Positions 18,401 to 26,321 of a DNA stretch of 29,702 bases are shown one piece after another (within the stretch, counting starts at the first letter, position 1; each line of letters begins with the position of its first letter). The position numbers were made by a program, and so were the translations under genes. This DNA comes from a virus. Its lineage: Duplodnaviria > Caudoviricetes. The stretch is taken from the IMG/VR virus record IMGVR_UViG_3300017763_005888, positions 1-29,702 of that record; one strand, written 5' to 3'. The notes under the pieces are model-generated. The model ran no database searches. It was not told where the DNA came from and saw only the letters and a program-made list of their open reading frames with translations.

Positions 18401-21205
18401 GGTAGACTCCCAGTAGGCAGTACAGATGGAAATGGCGTAGAAAACACCACTACCGAAGTCCCAGCTAAAAGCGCAACTAGTACGAGGACTTTTTCCAAAT
18501 TTGAATTTGTGCAATTTAAACTTGAGGGGAATTTATCCACTGGCATAAAGCTTAGAGATAGAAGTGACAATAGTATTATTGCAGAAATTACAACTGCGGA
18601 TCTAGCTGATGTGAGAGCTCATCCTAATGGAATGGCGAGAATTACTGTTTTGTACATCTTGGGAGTTAATAGTCAGAACGCTACTATTGGGAGAGCAGGA
18701 GCTGGCGCTATGAGAAATTTATCCGTACAAGGAGTATCTATTTTTACTGACACATACAATACAGCTGGTGTATCTAAAAGATTTAATTCAGATCCGAATT
18801 TCTTAAAAGTCAGCGACGTTAATCTAGCAGATGTGTACGACATTAGTTTAAAGGCAGTCGGAAGAAAATACACACTGGAAGTAAAAGTCGGCGACGAATT
18901 GCTACCAACTAATTTTAGGTCAAACACAATGAGTACTCCAAGGGGAAATATAAATTTTGGCGGCCCAAACATAAATCAAGGCGCAGATTCAGCTCCTTTT
19001 TTATTAATGGGTATAAGTGCAATAGGGAACTCTAGACTAACAGCGGGAACGAAATTATCAGATGTTAGAATTAAAAAAAATAACCAACTAATACATCATT
19101 GGGACGGAACTGTCATAAATGTAGTGCGCCACGATAATTGTATGAAAGATAAGGTAGGAGGATTTCATGCAGACCTTACGGGCCCAGTAAATACAGTTTT
19201 AGATTCAAATTTTACTTTTGGCAAGAATAAGAAAAGAATTTACAATGGGCCTTGGGACGGAACATTTAGATTAGGTTGGACAGATAACCCCGCTTGGATT
19301 CTATATGACCTAATGATAAACCCTATTTACGGAGTAGGGAATTCCATAGATGATAGAGAGGATATAAACATCTTTAATCTTTATAAAATAGCACAATATT
19401 GTGACGCTGTGGATAGTGATGGGTATTTTGATGGATTGCCAGATGCAACTAGAGGTTTAGAGCCTAGATTTAGTTGTAATATTAGAATTTACGACCCTAA
19501 AAATGCATTTGAAGTTGTAGGAAACATCGCTTCTATATTTAGAGGATTTACTTATTGGGACGGTGTTGGATTAAACTTCGCTATAGATAACGAAAAACAA
19601 ATAAGCGCTATATTTAATAACGGAAATGTTTTTGATGGAATTTTTAATTATGGGGATATAACAAGCTCTGCTAGATTCTCAAAAGTTGAAGTTATGTATT
19701 CTGATTCAAATGACTTATATTCCACTAAATCAGAATATATAGAAGACGAAGACGCAATAAGAAAATACGGGATAGTCTCTAAAATTCTTAATGGTATTGG
19801 TTGTACATCTAAATCCCAAGCAAAGAGAATGGGTAAATATGTTTTATTAAGTAATAAGATGGAAACGGAAATCGTTTCATTTAAAGCCTCTTCTGAATGT
19901 TTCTTTTTAGAGCCAGGAGATATAATTAGAATCGATGATGAGGTAAAAAACTTTGAAATTAATTATGGAAAAGTTTTAGAAGTTAATTCTTTAACGCCAG
20001 ATCCATATATTAGAGTTGAAAGCCATGTAAATCCAAGCAAAATTCGACTTGGATCAGCTGGAGGGGTTTACTTGTATACAAATAGAAAACAAAATGAATT
20101 GGAAAATATTTACGATATTGTAAAATATCGAACATTGTATCAATTCGGAGAAGATTCTCATACTTATAGTGGGGTCGTTAACACTGATTTTATAAATCAG
20201 CAAAGCTTAACTGAAATACAAAAAATACAAGTCACAGGAGCTGTTAAGGAAGATAATAATGTTAAATTATATCTAGATACTGGAGATGCTAATTTTCAAC
20301 ACTTAAGCGGGGCTCAAGTTGGGTCTTTCTTTAACGTTGAGTTAACAAATGATGTAGACAAAACTTACAAGGTCATAAGAAAGAGGCAACAAGAAAATAA
20401 TATCTTCAATATTGAAGCCATCCAATATGATATAGAAAAATTCAAAAAAATAGAAGAAGAAGATTTTGACGTAGAAGAAGTAACATACAATATAGGTATA
20501 CCAGCGCATACAATAAATAGACCGCTTACCCCAACCTTCGACGAGACCGTCATTCTAAATAATGATTTAAGTTACTCTGTAACGGGAACGATTGACGCTC
20601 AACCCAACAGCAATGAAACATCTTACAGGGTTGTAGCTTACAGATCAAATCAAGCTGGGCCATATGTACAAAAAGAATTTTTAAGAGAGTCTGACGACAC
20701 TACGGAATATAGACTAAATGGGCTGATAGATGGGAACTATACTATATCTGTAGCTGCTTTAAGGAATCCAGAGTCGAGCAACAACTTTACCAAAAACTTT
20801 TCCATAGAATCTAGAAGAGACATTTACATGAACCCAATCATTAAGGAAATAGAAATTGGAAATTCAAATATTAGTAATTATGAAAGAATTAGTGGTAGCG
20901 GTTTTGGCTCTGGCTCTTCTAATTATAAAGATGTTGAATATAGATTTGTAACAGTGGATAAAAAAGATAGAACCTTTAGTTTAACCCAACTTGATTACAC
21001 TCTTGATGTTTTTATAGAAAAAAGTGGTGAATATGCTGTTATAGCACAAGATCATGAAGCGGATACTTTTACATTTACTGATGTAGACAATATGATATTT
21101 TTTGGGGATTACAATTATGATTTCAACGCCAAATTTGACCTAAAAAAAGACGGAACCGTTGTAGATTCCGCCTTCTTTGAAACTAATGTAATTAATTTAA
21201 ATTAA
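15452..21205 (+). CDS. gpJ-like central tail fibre / host-specificity protein, copy 2, with LamG-like insertion
   Basis: DLISEGPIYG, FSYPLVA, IPSNY, WDGTFRLGWTDNPAWILYDLM, YCD, EPRFSCN, GCTSKSQAKR, EPGDIIRIDD, then an FN3-like domain and a further C-terminal domain. Confidence 0.92.
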   Translation: MKDYKEYFKSKAKLIKGSATLKPPAGGQDGLQSVASMNVLDLISEGPIYGLVDAEGRKTNNMSILNSLYLDNTRVLDKGIPEPQIRTVDFDQIQMMGRLTSANIETAFDNISGQLVAYESATNFNVNNAPMSSIKKRDMAEDKQALIEFVNENKSLSRFGMIQFKSYGIFPTGDTIYSRVNNTTNRFENTAPVDPSTVTNFTIEWSDGTNTYTGTATIAIQAGTTATALRSLGSLKWNVLGSDGQTYVMFKQEASDGRFFWHFGGLYSYGNNSTNGNDTSLAINGATSTSEDFPWVDRTASTWYQYQATASPTQWNQWTLRFTSFNSQATEIYNTTTFNLDVYNGTNLAKRLIKNEDGEAIEIPSPIFYGYQVFNNSKFGTYTAAPNALDVGVSGKVGKKYLIDGFAGGGIYFFEIGDNDELKANGDFNTGKFFVAKGGNVPNTLQSGLDNGYDVFVYDGATGPISLESPTPNQLSPIVGELAGQEIGLGYISDLNLTYNYGNIDFDFREGFERQPKMLGHSEGDQDFDIRKKLYGPLQYGGSARDGDGEGYSDPRQGGDFSTWMLNPPLESDSYPYTHTIKRIDVKKATPTLAIEGLSDTIANGSSAGVQQSETLLMGFTYGFEGGVTGNVGTLLAAGNNLKDIALGTFEVVETNRYEGIVVSNYLDTYDEIGDLPRNKVLRGVTVDDTNIPGLTQAMINQYGYTSGELIFPGEDWKVPNRFIKIEKLSYETDSTLITRDCSLSYVSERIGEPFSYPLVATAGTIFDARNFAAQPTRDFEVRGKLIAIPSNYEPLDSDGSDKRFISSSKDYGLRSIQTYNGSSNYAQVYDHIDLGTSNFEIEARVGFGSVFTTTANYQYIVDMEGGTLQENRIAIYQTDDQILAIVKESTSTDTDFILGTSIAGRNSSHFYNDWEWINDAQNLTFDANDANIDTSTSFNIQFDLLLGNVGSASPGNSILWTAGSHQRVEIRFTSGNRIQLTLGRLPVGSTDGNGVENTTTEVPAKSATSTRTFSKFEFVQFKLEGNLSTGIKLRDRSDNSIIAEITTADLADVRAHPNGMARITVLYILGVNSQNATIGRAGAGAMRNLSVQGVSIFTDTYNTAGVSKRFNSDPNFLKVSDVNLADVYDISLKAVGRKYTLEVKVGDELLPTNFRSNTMSTPRGNINFGGPNINQGADSAPFLLMGISAIGNSRLTAGTKLSDVRIKKNNQLIHHWDGTVINVVRHDNCMKDKVGGFHADLTGPVNTVLDSNFTFGKNKKRIYNGPWDGTFRLGWTDNPAWILYDLMINPIYGVGNSIDDREDINIFNLYKIAQYCDAVDSDGYFDGLPDATRGLEPRFSCNIRIYDPKNAFEVVGNIASIFRGFTYWDGVGLNFAIDNEKQISAIFNNGNVFDGIFNYGDITSSARFSKVEVMYSDSNDLYSTKSEYIEDEDAIRKYGIVSKILNGIGCTSKSQAKRMGKYVLLSNKMETEIVSFKASSECFFLEPGDIIRIDDEVKNFEINYGKVLEVNSLTPDPYIRVESHVNPSKIRLGSAGGVYLYTNRKQNELENIYDIVKYRTLYQFGEDSHTYSGVVNTDFINQQSLTEIQKIQVTGAVKEDNNVKLYLDTGDANFQHLSGAQVGSFFNVELTNDVDKTYKVIRKRQQENNIFNIEAIQYDIEKFKKIEEEDFDVEEVTYNIGIPAHTINRPLTPTFDETVILNNDLSYSVTGTIDAQPNSNETSYRVVAYRSNQAGPYVQKEFLRESDDTTEYRLNGLIDGNYTISVAALRNPESSNNFTKNFSIESRRDIYMNPIIKEIEIGNSNISNYERISGSGFGSGSSNYKDVEYRFVTVDKKDRTFSLTQLDYTLDVFIEKSGEYAVIAQDHEADTFTFTDVDNMIFFGDYNYDFNAKFDLKKDGTVVDSAFFETNVINLN

Positions 21206-21937
21206 TTTTAATAATTTTCGACACTCTTTTGCGGGAATATCTTTATAATCTGACCACTCTTTGATGACCTCTGGGTCATTAGTGTAAGCGCCAGTCTTAT
21301 ACCACGCTCTAAGGCACCCTTTGAAAGAATTGAAGTCTGTACCCGCTTTTTCTTTTAAAATGCCCTGTGGGCTAATATCTTTCGCTCCAGAGGATGATGG
21401 AGGAGCTACAATAGGAGACTTGTTTTTAGATGAGTCAATTTCGTCAGCTCCAACGATATGAATACCGAGAAAATTACGGACAGCACGAACAAACGCACGA
21501 TTTTCTGCAATACATTCTAAAAACTTAGCAGCGAATCCATTTGTATTATGAACAGTAGCGTTAGCTATTGAACTAAATGTTTGTGAACCGTTGCTTTCAT
21601 AGTTATCGATCCAATTAATCATGCACTGGGTAACGACGCGATTGTCTGAAGACTCATAAATGTCGTATGTTAAATTATGAAAACCCCGCAGCTTTGCAAG
21701 CTCTTTGATTCCACCAAGCTTAATTAAAAGCTGATTGTCTTCAAGGCCTTCAATAGAATCTGGAACTGGCATCTTACGCATTTCGAAGTGATCCTTGTTT
21801 GGATATAGATGCTCTGGGCTGATCATGGCTCGCCAGTTGACTGAGCCATCTTGATTAAATTCGTATTCAACAGACTCTAGGAGTCCGTGTTCGTTGCGTT
21901 TCCACAAGTCTGGGCCGTATAATTTATTTTTTGACAT
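21197..21937 (-). CDS. Putative Rad52/Sak-superfamily single-strand annealing protein
   Basis: LIKLGGIKELAKLRG ... SIANAT ... IAENRAFVRAVRNFLGI resembles the annealase-type AExRAxxRAxRxxLGI helix, followed by a Pro/Ser linker and a small C-domain. Confidence 0.4.
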   Translation of the reverse strand: MSKNKLYGPDLWKRNEHGLLESVEYEFNQDGSVNWRAMISPEHLYPNKDHFEMRKMPVPDSIEGLEDNQLLIKLGGIKELAKLRGFHNLTYDIYESSDNRVVTQCMINWIDNYESNGSQTFSSIANATVHNTNGFAAKFLECIAENRAFVRAVRNFLGIHIVGADEIDSSKNKSPIVAPPSSSGAKDISPQGILKEKAGTDFNSFKGCLRAWYKTGAYTNDPEVIKEWSDYKDIPAKECRKLLKLI

Positions 21938-23021
21938 ATAAGTATAAACTTTCTATTTCTGATTTTGAGATTCCATCATATACGAAGTTATTTGTTTTGT
22001 CAAGTCTTTTAGCGGAAGATTCTGATAAATAGAACTCCCCGTCTAGAACAAATTGCTTATTTGATATATACTTGCAGTCTTCGGGTAGATTAGGCACCTC
22101 GGGAGCTTCTTCTTTTAAAATCACACTATAATCAAAATACTTTAATCTTACTTGGGAAACTATTTCCTCGTTGGAGACTTCTATAATAATCCTCTTATTG
22201 TATCTTTTTAATATTTTAAAAAATTTTGCTAAGTCTTCTTTTTCATGTTCTTCAGAGTATTTAAAAACAATTTGTTTAAGGTTTGGTAAATTAGCTACGA
22301 TATGCTCTTCTAACTCATTGTCTAAATAAAGATTTACAATGCAATATCGGCACCAACGAGTTATCATTTCCAAATCAAAGTGAAGGTCTGATCTTAGATT
22401 TACTGGTTTACCTTTAACTTCTTCGTAGGGCTTAAAAAAGTTAGGGACAATTTCCATTGTGGGATTATGAAAATTTTCGCCAATTCTAATTGTTTTAAAA
22501 TTAACATCGAATTCAATCTCAAGTTGAGCTAATATAATTTGTGCTATAGTCTCTGGTTTGATTTCATTAACTCTATTCTTTCCTTCTTCCATTTGAAAAG
22601 AAGGTTTTTGTTTTGAAAAATCTGGAGTTACAACTTCCGCATATTTAAACAAATTAAAATTTTCTTCATACATATTACCTAATACGCAAACAGAAGGAAT
22701 GGAAAAAATGTCACTAAGGTGGACTCGATGACTGGCCGTCCCCACATATAACAATGATTTTTTAATTAAATGATTATTTTGCTTAACTGTTATTTTATCT
22801 TGTTCTGGGGCTGTTAATATACCTATCTCTTTTTCTTCTAAAGCTTCTTCTATCATAGAAAAAACAACGTCCCAATGTTTATATTCTTGTGATGGATAAT
22901 CTCCATGTGGATTAAAATAAATATATTTATCCATAACATTAGGATAAAAATGATCTGTTATTTTAGGTTGCCCAATTCTGACCCCCAAATCTTTTGCGTA
23001 AACTTCTGCTATGTGCGACAT
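21924..23021 (-). CDS. GT9 (heptosyltransferase-like) C-terminal half fused to an unknown domain
   Basis: KYIYFNPHGDYPSQEYKHW and LIKKSLLYVGTASHRVHLSDIFSIPSVCVLG match the GT9 C-domain (YIVLHPGAS...W; LIxxADLxIGNDSGPMHLAAALGxPxVALFG). Confidence 0.55.
   Translation of the reverse strand: MSHIAEVYAKDLGVRIGQPKITDHFYPNVMDKYIYFNPHGDYPSQEYKHWDVVFSMIEEALEEKEIGILTAPEQDKITVKQNNHLIKKSLLYVGTASHRVHLSDIFSIPSVCVLGNMYEENFNLFKYAEVVTPDFSKQKPSFQMEEGKNRVNEIKPETIAQIILAQLEIEFDVNFKTIRIGENFHNPTMEIVPNFFKPYEEVKGKPVNLRSDLHFDLEMITRWCRYCIVNLYLDNELEEHIVANLPNLKQIVFKYSEEHEKEDLAKFFKILKRYNKRIIIEVSNEEIVSQVRLKYFDYSVILKEEAPEVPNLPEDCKYISNKQFVLDGEFYLSESSAKRLDKTNNFVYDGISKSEIESLYLYVKK
21975..22003 (-). promoter_or_regulatory. sigma70-like promoter inside the 3' end of the upstream gene
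   Basis: Minus strand TTGACA-N17-TATGAT, ending 37 nt before the ATG at 21937. Confidence 0.7.
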
Positions 23022-24703
23022 AATTTAAATGTATTTTTATCTTTACCGTTATGAAAAAATGAAGCTGATCTTTGACTGCTATAATGCGGGAAAAAGGCCA
23101 GCTCAAAATAACCTTCATGATCTAATTTACCTTCAAGTAGAAATGGACTATCTATTTCCTTAGAATACGGAAGTACTTTATGAACGTCGGGATGATCTTC
23201 TATGTAAGAATATAAATCTGGTTGAGTAAATATATATATATTGTGGGACGGATATAATTCTTTAACGTCTCCAATCATAGCATTTAACCATAGAATATCT
23301 GAGGCTGACTGGGGCAATACAATAGCTAAAGATTCGCCTTCATCTATTAAATCAGATAAATCTAAGGTTTTTTCTTTTGCCTCTTTATCCCAATCAAAAT
23401 CATAGTCTACATCTGGCATTTCATCTAAGATTTTTTCTAACTTCTTGCCAACGACATCTGTAGAATAATTATCTTCTACCCATTTTCTAGCTTTCCAACC
23501 AATTTGCAATCTTTTGTTTAAATCCATGCTCCAAACTTTTTTAAGTTGTTTGGCTATGCTAGATGGATATGTTGAAGCTTTAATAAATTGAGTTCCTGGT
23601 TCTCGATACTCAGACCAGTCAAGTGGGAAACTACCACTTTCACTAGTAGAAGAATCTTCTCCGCAGGAATAATTTGTAACTAGGGTAATTAGTCCAGTAA
23701 GTTTCGCCTCAAAGATAGGTATTTCCATACCTCCGCTAGTAAACGGATGACAATAGACATCCATTAAATTATATATTTGATTTAGTTGTTCTTCATCAAC
23801 GCCGTGTTTGATATTTGTTGTATTAACTGTTTTTTTAGCTCCACAAAATCTACAGTCCTGCTCTTGACCGATGAAGGGGCGTATATCATATTGGCCACAA
23901 GATGAGCAATGATAAGTTGTGAGAATATCATTATTGTCGAGGCCTTTTTCTTCTATAAGTCTTGGTATATCCCAACCTTCCGTCCAATGAGTATGTAAAA
24001 GTAATTTAGCTTTTGGACAATCTTTTTTAAATATTTTAAAACCTTCCAGTAAGTTTGGTACACTTTTTCTTAATTGATTTCTGAAAACAAATCCAATAAT
24101 AAATTCATCCGAAAGACCGAATTGTTTCCTTAATTTTTTTCTGTCTTCATCAATAAATCTATGGAAGTCTTCTGTATCGACGGTTCCGTGCAAAGTTTTT
24201 ACATGACCTTGACCAGCTTTAACCATATCTTTTTCCGCAAAAGAAGCCCAAGTATAAAAATTTTTTGTTTCGGGGGCAGCCTCCATCGCTTGTGGTAAAA
24301 TTGGCTGGCTATCGAGCGTAGTCCAAATCATATTATTAATTTTATTCCACCAAGGTTTTTTCCAGTAATTAGAAAAAGCCCAAATATCTTCAATTCCTAT
24401 ATAAATATCTGGCTTATATTCTTTGATTGCTTGATCAATCATTTCAGCTCCATAGCTAGCCGTTCTAGCCCTATTTGGATCAGCATTAATTTGCTGTATA
24501 GCAACAGGGTTATTGGGTAGAGAGCCTTGAGCTTTCCAAGGTCTCGTTTTCAAGTAATGGTCGCCCCAGGGAGTCCCATTAGCAAATTCAATAATCTCAT
24601 ACTTGTTTGTGGCTTGTAAATAGCGGAGAATGTTTTTGGTGTGTTTGCCAAAACCAGTAAACGCTTTTGCGTTATTTGAATGAATTAGGACTTTCTTTTT
24701 CAT
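23009..24703 (-). CDS. GT4-family (GT-B) glycosyltransferase with Zn-ribbon insert and C-terminal GT9 N-half
   Basis: TGFG N-terminal loop, FRNQLRKS, YNLMDVYCHPFTSGGMEIPIFEA; CSSC...CRFC insert; tail AIVLPQSASDILWLNAMIGDVKELYPSHNIYIFT...IEDHPDVHKV. Confidence 0.8.
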   Translation of the reverse strand: MKKKVLIHSNNAKAFTGFGKHTKNILRYLQATNKYEIIEFANGTPWGDHYLKTRPWKAQGSLPNNPVAIQQINADPNRARTASYGAEMIDQAIKEYKPDIYIGIEDIWAFSNYWKKPWWNKINNMIWTTLDSQPILPQAMEAAPETKNFYTWASFAEKDMVKAGQGHVKTLHGTVDTEDFHRFIDEDRKKLRKQFGLSDEFIIGFVFRNQLRKSVPNLLEGFKIFKKDCPKAKLLLHTHWTEGWDIPRLIEEKGLDNNDILTTYHCSSCGQYDIRPFIGQEQDCRFCGAKKTVNTTNIKHGVDEEQLNQIYNLMDVYCHPFTSGGMEIPIFEAKLTGLITLVTNYSCGEDSSTSESGSFPLDWSEYREPGTQFIKASTYPSSIAKQLKKVWSMDLNKRLQIGWKARKWVEDNYSTDVVGKKLEKILDEMPDVDYDFDWDKEAKEKTLDLSDLIDEGESLAIVLPQSASDILWLNAMIGDVKELYPSHNIYIFTQPDLYSYIEDHPDVHKVLPYSKEIDSPFLLEGKLDHEGYFELAFFPHYSSQRSASFFHNGKDKNTFKLCRT

Positions 24704-25167
24704 TAACCCTCGTAAGAAAAAAGTCTTGTAAGATACAGCTCTAGCAAAGTTTTTAAGGTTCTTGCTTCTCCTAGTTCGATGCCAATTCCAAACTTAAGAG
24801 TAGAGTTTTTGATAACGCCAAAAGACCAAGCATCGACACCGTTATGTTTTTGATATGGCTTTAATGAAAGACTTGTTTTATCGTCGTTATACGTATGAAA
24901 CGCTGACCATTCTGAATACTTTTCAATAGTATCTATTATAGCGCCAGCTTCATTCTCATTTATCTTGCAATAGATATTTTTCTCTGGGTCTTTAGCGTTC
25001 GCACTGAAAGATCCAGATCTCTTGTTTTGATCCCAACTAGCTTGTTTAATCGCTTGAATTAAAAATGTTGGTTTTGTTGGATTCCCTTCTTTATCTTTTT
25101 CGATAACTTTAAAAGAAAAAGCGCACCCAGTACTTTTAGCGTTTGGTTTATATAGATTATATTGCAT
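24703..25167 (-). CDS. Putative Whirly/PC4-like ssDNA-binding protein (start revised to ATG at 25167)
   Basis: Two beta-beta-beta-beta-alpha units: LYKP...AFSF...FLIQ...IYCKINENEAGAII and FHTY...SLSLKP...WSFGV...IGIELGEARTL. The upstream in-frame TTG lies within the promoter. Confidence 0.45.
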   Translation of the reverse strand: MQYNLYKPNAKSTGCAFSFKVIEKDKEGNPTKPTFLIQAIKQASWDQNKRSGSFSANAKDPEKNIYCKINENEAGAIIDTIEKYSEWSAFHTYNDDKTSLSLKPYQKHNGVDAWSFGVIKNSTLKFGIGIELGEARTLKTLLELYLTRLFSYEG

Positions 25168-25174
25168 ATGCGAT

Positions 25175-25205
25175 ATTATATACAATATGCAGCATAATTC
25201 TACAA
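25175..25205 (-). promoter_or_regulatory. sigma70-like promoter, probably leaderless
   Basis: Minus strand TTGTAG-N19-TATAAT-N7-ATG: perfect -10, weak and long-spaced -35. Confidence 0.5.
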
Positions 25206-25212
25206 GAATTAT

Positions 25213-26307
25213 TTAAATATTTTTAATAAAGGGCGCAAACATTTCGTCCAACATGTCCATATAGTCTGCAAACTCGTCCTGTATGCTTTCTCTAATAAAA
25301 GCATAATTTTTAAAGAGATTTAAAACACTACCTACTTCTTCGTTATCCACTAATGATTTATAAAAATAACCAGAAATTATTTTGTACAGCAATATTTTAT
25401 AAGCTAATTGTTTGAAGTAAACATAGTTATAATCTTCTTCTTTTAGAAAAGATTCTGCGTGATAAGCCTCTAAGAATTTTTTTTCATAAATAGGATGATC
25501 ATTTAACTGTAACTTGTAAGATGCAAATGCAAGATCCCAAGCTGGGTGAATATGAAATGACTCAAAAAAGTTACAAATTTTTAATTGATTAGGCCTATTT
25601 AAAATACACGAAAGATTTAAATTAGTATGACATAAGCAAGAAAACCCCTCTCCAGGTTCGAAAAGTTGATCCTCAACTGTCTGTTTAATATCTTTAAGTA
25701 AAGCTAAGCTTTGTTTAAAATTTGGTCTTTCCAACAATGCATTATAAAGTTCTTGATCCATAAAATCTTCAAATGAACCTAAAGAATACATAGAGTCTAA
25801 AAAATATTCTCTTTGATTTTCTTCTGTTTTTGTGGCGTTGTGTATTTTTGCCAAAGAAGAGCCTAATAATTCTATATTTTCATAGGTATAAGAAAGACCT
25901 AATTCTTTTGATGATTGGGAGTTTTCGAAAGATGTTAAAAGATAGGCATAGTCGTCTGAAAAGGCATTATTAAAATATATTGGAGAAAGATTTAAATCTT
26001 TTATAGACTCTAACGCTTTTTTTTCTCTTTCAAATATAAATGAATCATTATTCTCTCCAACTTTTATTGCATAACTTAAATTATCATAAGAGAATCTATA
26101 AATATCATAAAAAATGTTTCTGTCTATAATTTTAATAGATTGTTCAATTTGATCAATTTCTGGAAATTTCTCGTTAAGATAAAAATCTTCAGTAAAAATT
26201 TCAAGTAAGTAATTCTTTTCAACCAAAGATATTTTTAAGGTTTTTCTTTCTGTCAAAACCCTATTTGTTAAAAAATCTGAAATACTAATTTTTTGGCCTT
26301 CTTCCAT
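25213..26307 (-). CDS. APH/choline-kinase-fold protein with degenerate catalytic motifs (pseudokinase)
   Basis: YAIKV, FEREKKAL, YLLTSF, LAKIHN, CLCHTNL (HGDL position), KICNFFES (IDWE position), HPAWDLA. Confidence 0.7.
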   Translation of the reverse strand: MEEGQKISISDFLTNRVLTERKTLKISLVEKNYLLEIFTEDFYLNEKFPEIDQIEQSIKIIDRNIFYDIYRFSYDNLSYAIKVGENNDSFIFEREKKALESIKDLNLSPIYFNNAFSDDYAYLLTSFENSQSSKELGLSYTYENIELLGSSLAKIHNATKTEENQREYFLDSMYSLGSFEDFMDQELYNALLERPNFKQSLALLKDIKQTVEDQLFEPGEGFSCLCHTNLNLSCILNRPNQLKICNFFESFHIHPAWDLAFASYKLQLNDHPIYEKKFLEAYHAESFLKEEDYNYVYFKQLAYKILLYKIISGYFYKSLVDNEEVGSVLNLFKNYAFIRESIQDEFADYMDMLDEMFAPFIKNI

Positions 26308-26321
26308 TTACTATATTACAC
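26308..26321 (-). promoter_or_regulatory. GTGTAA motif immediately after a terminator
   Basis: Minus strand GTGTAATATAGTAA-ATG, 13 of 14 nt identical to the gpL copy. Confidence 0.6.

Noticed and set aside
17891-19230. J2 insertion as an intein or intron
   Set aside because: No Cys/Ser...His-Asn splice termini or LAGLIDADG motifs; the frame is continuous and looks lectin-like.
10504-19641. Exact 20-nt repeats shared by J1 and J2 (10504-10523 with 15572-15591; 13915-13934 with 19622-19641) as possible recombination or shufflon sites
   Set aside because: They encode the most conserved peptides (DLISEGP, GNVFDGI), are direct rather than inverted, and no recombinase is present. Paralogy plus AT-biased codons explains them.
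10395-20553. Numerous 60-100 aa ORFs nested in J1 and J2
   Set aside because: Fully overlapped by well-supported long CDSs; no recognisable motifs.
21190-21207. 18-bp perfect palindrome AATTAATTTAAATTAATT at the convergent overlap of J2 and the annealase-like gene
   Set aside because: Purely A/T and partly forced by overlapping TAA stops; too weak to call a terminator or binding site.
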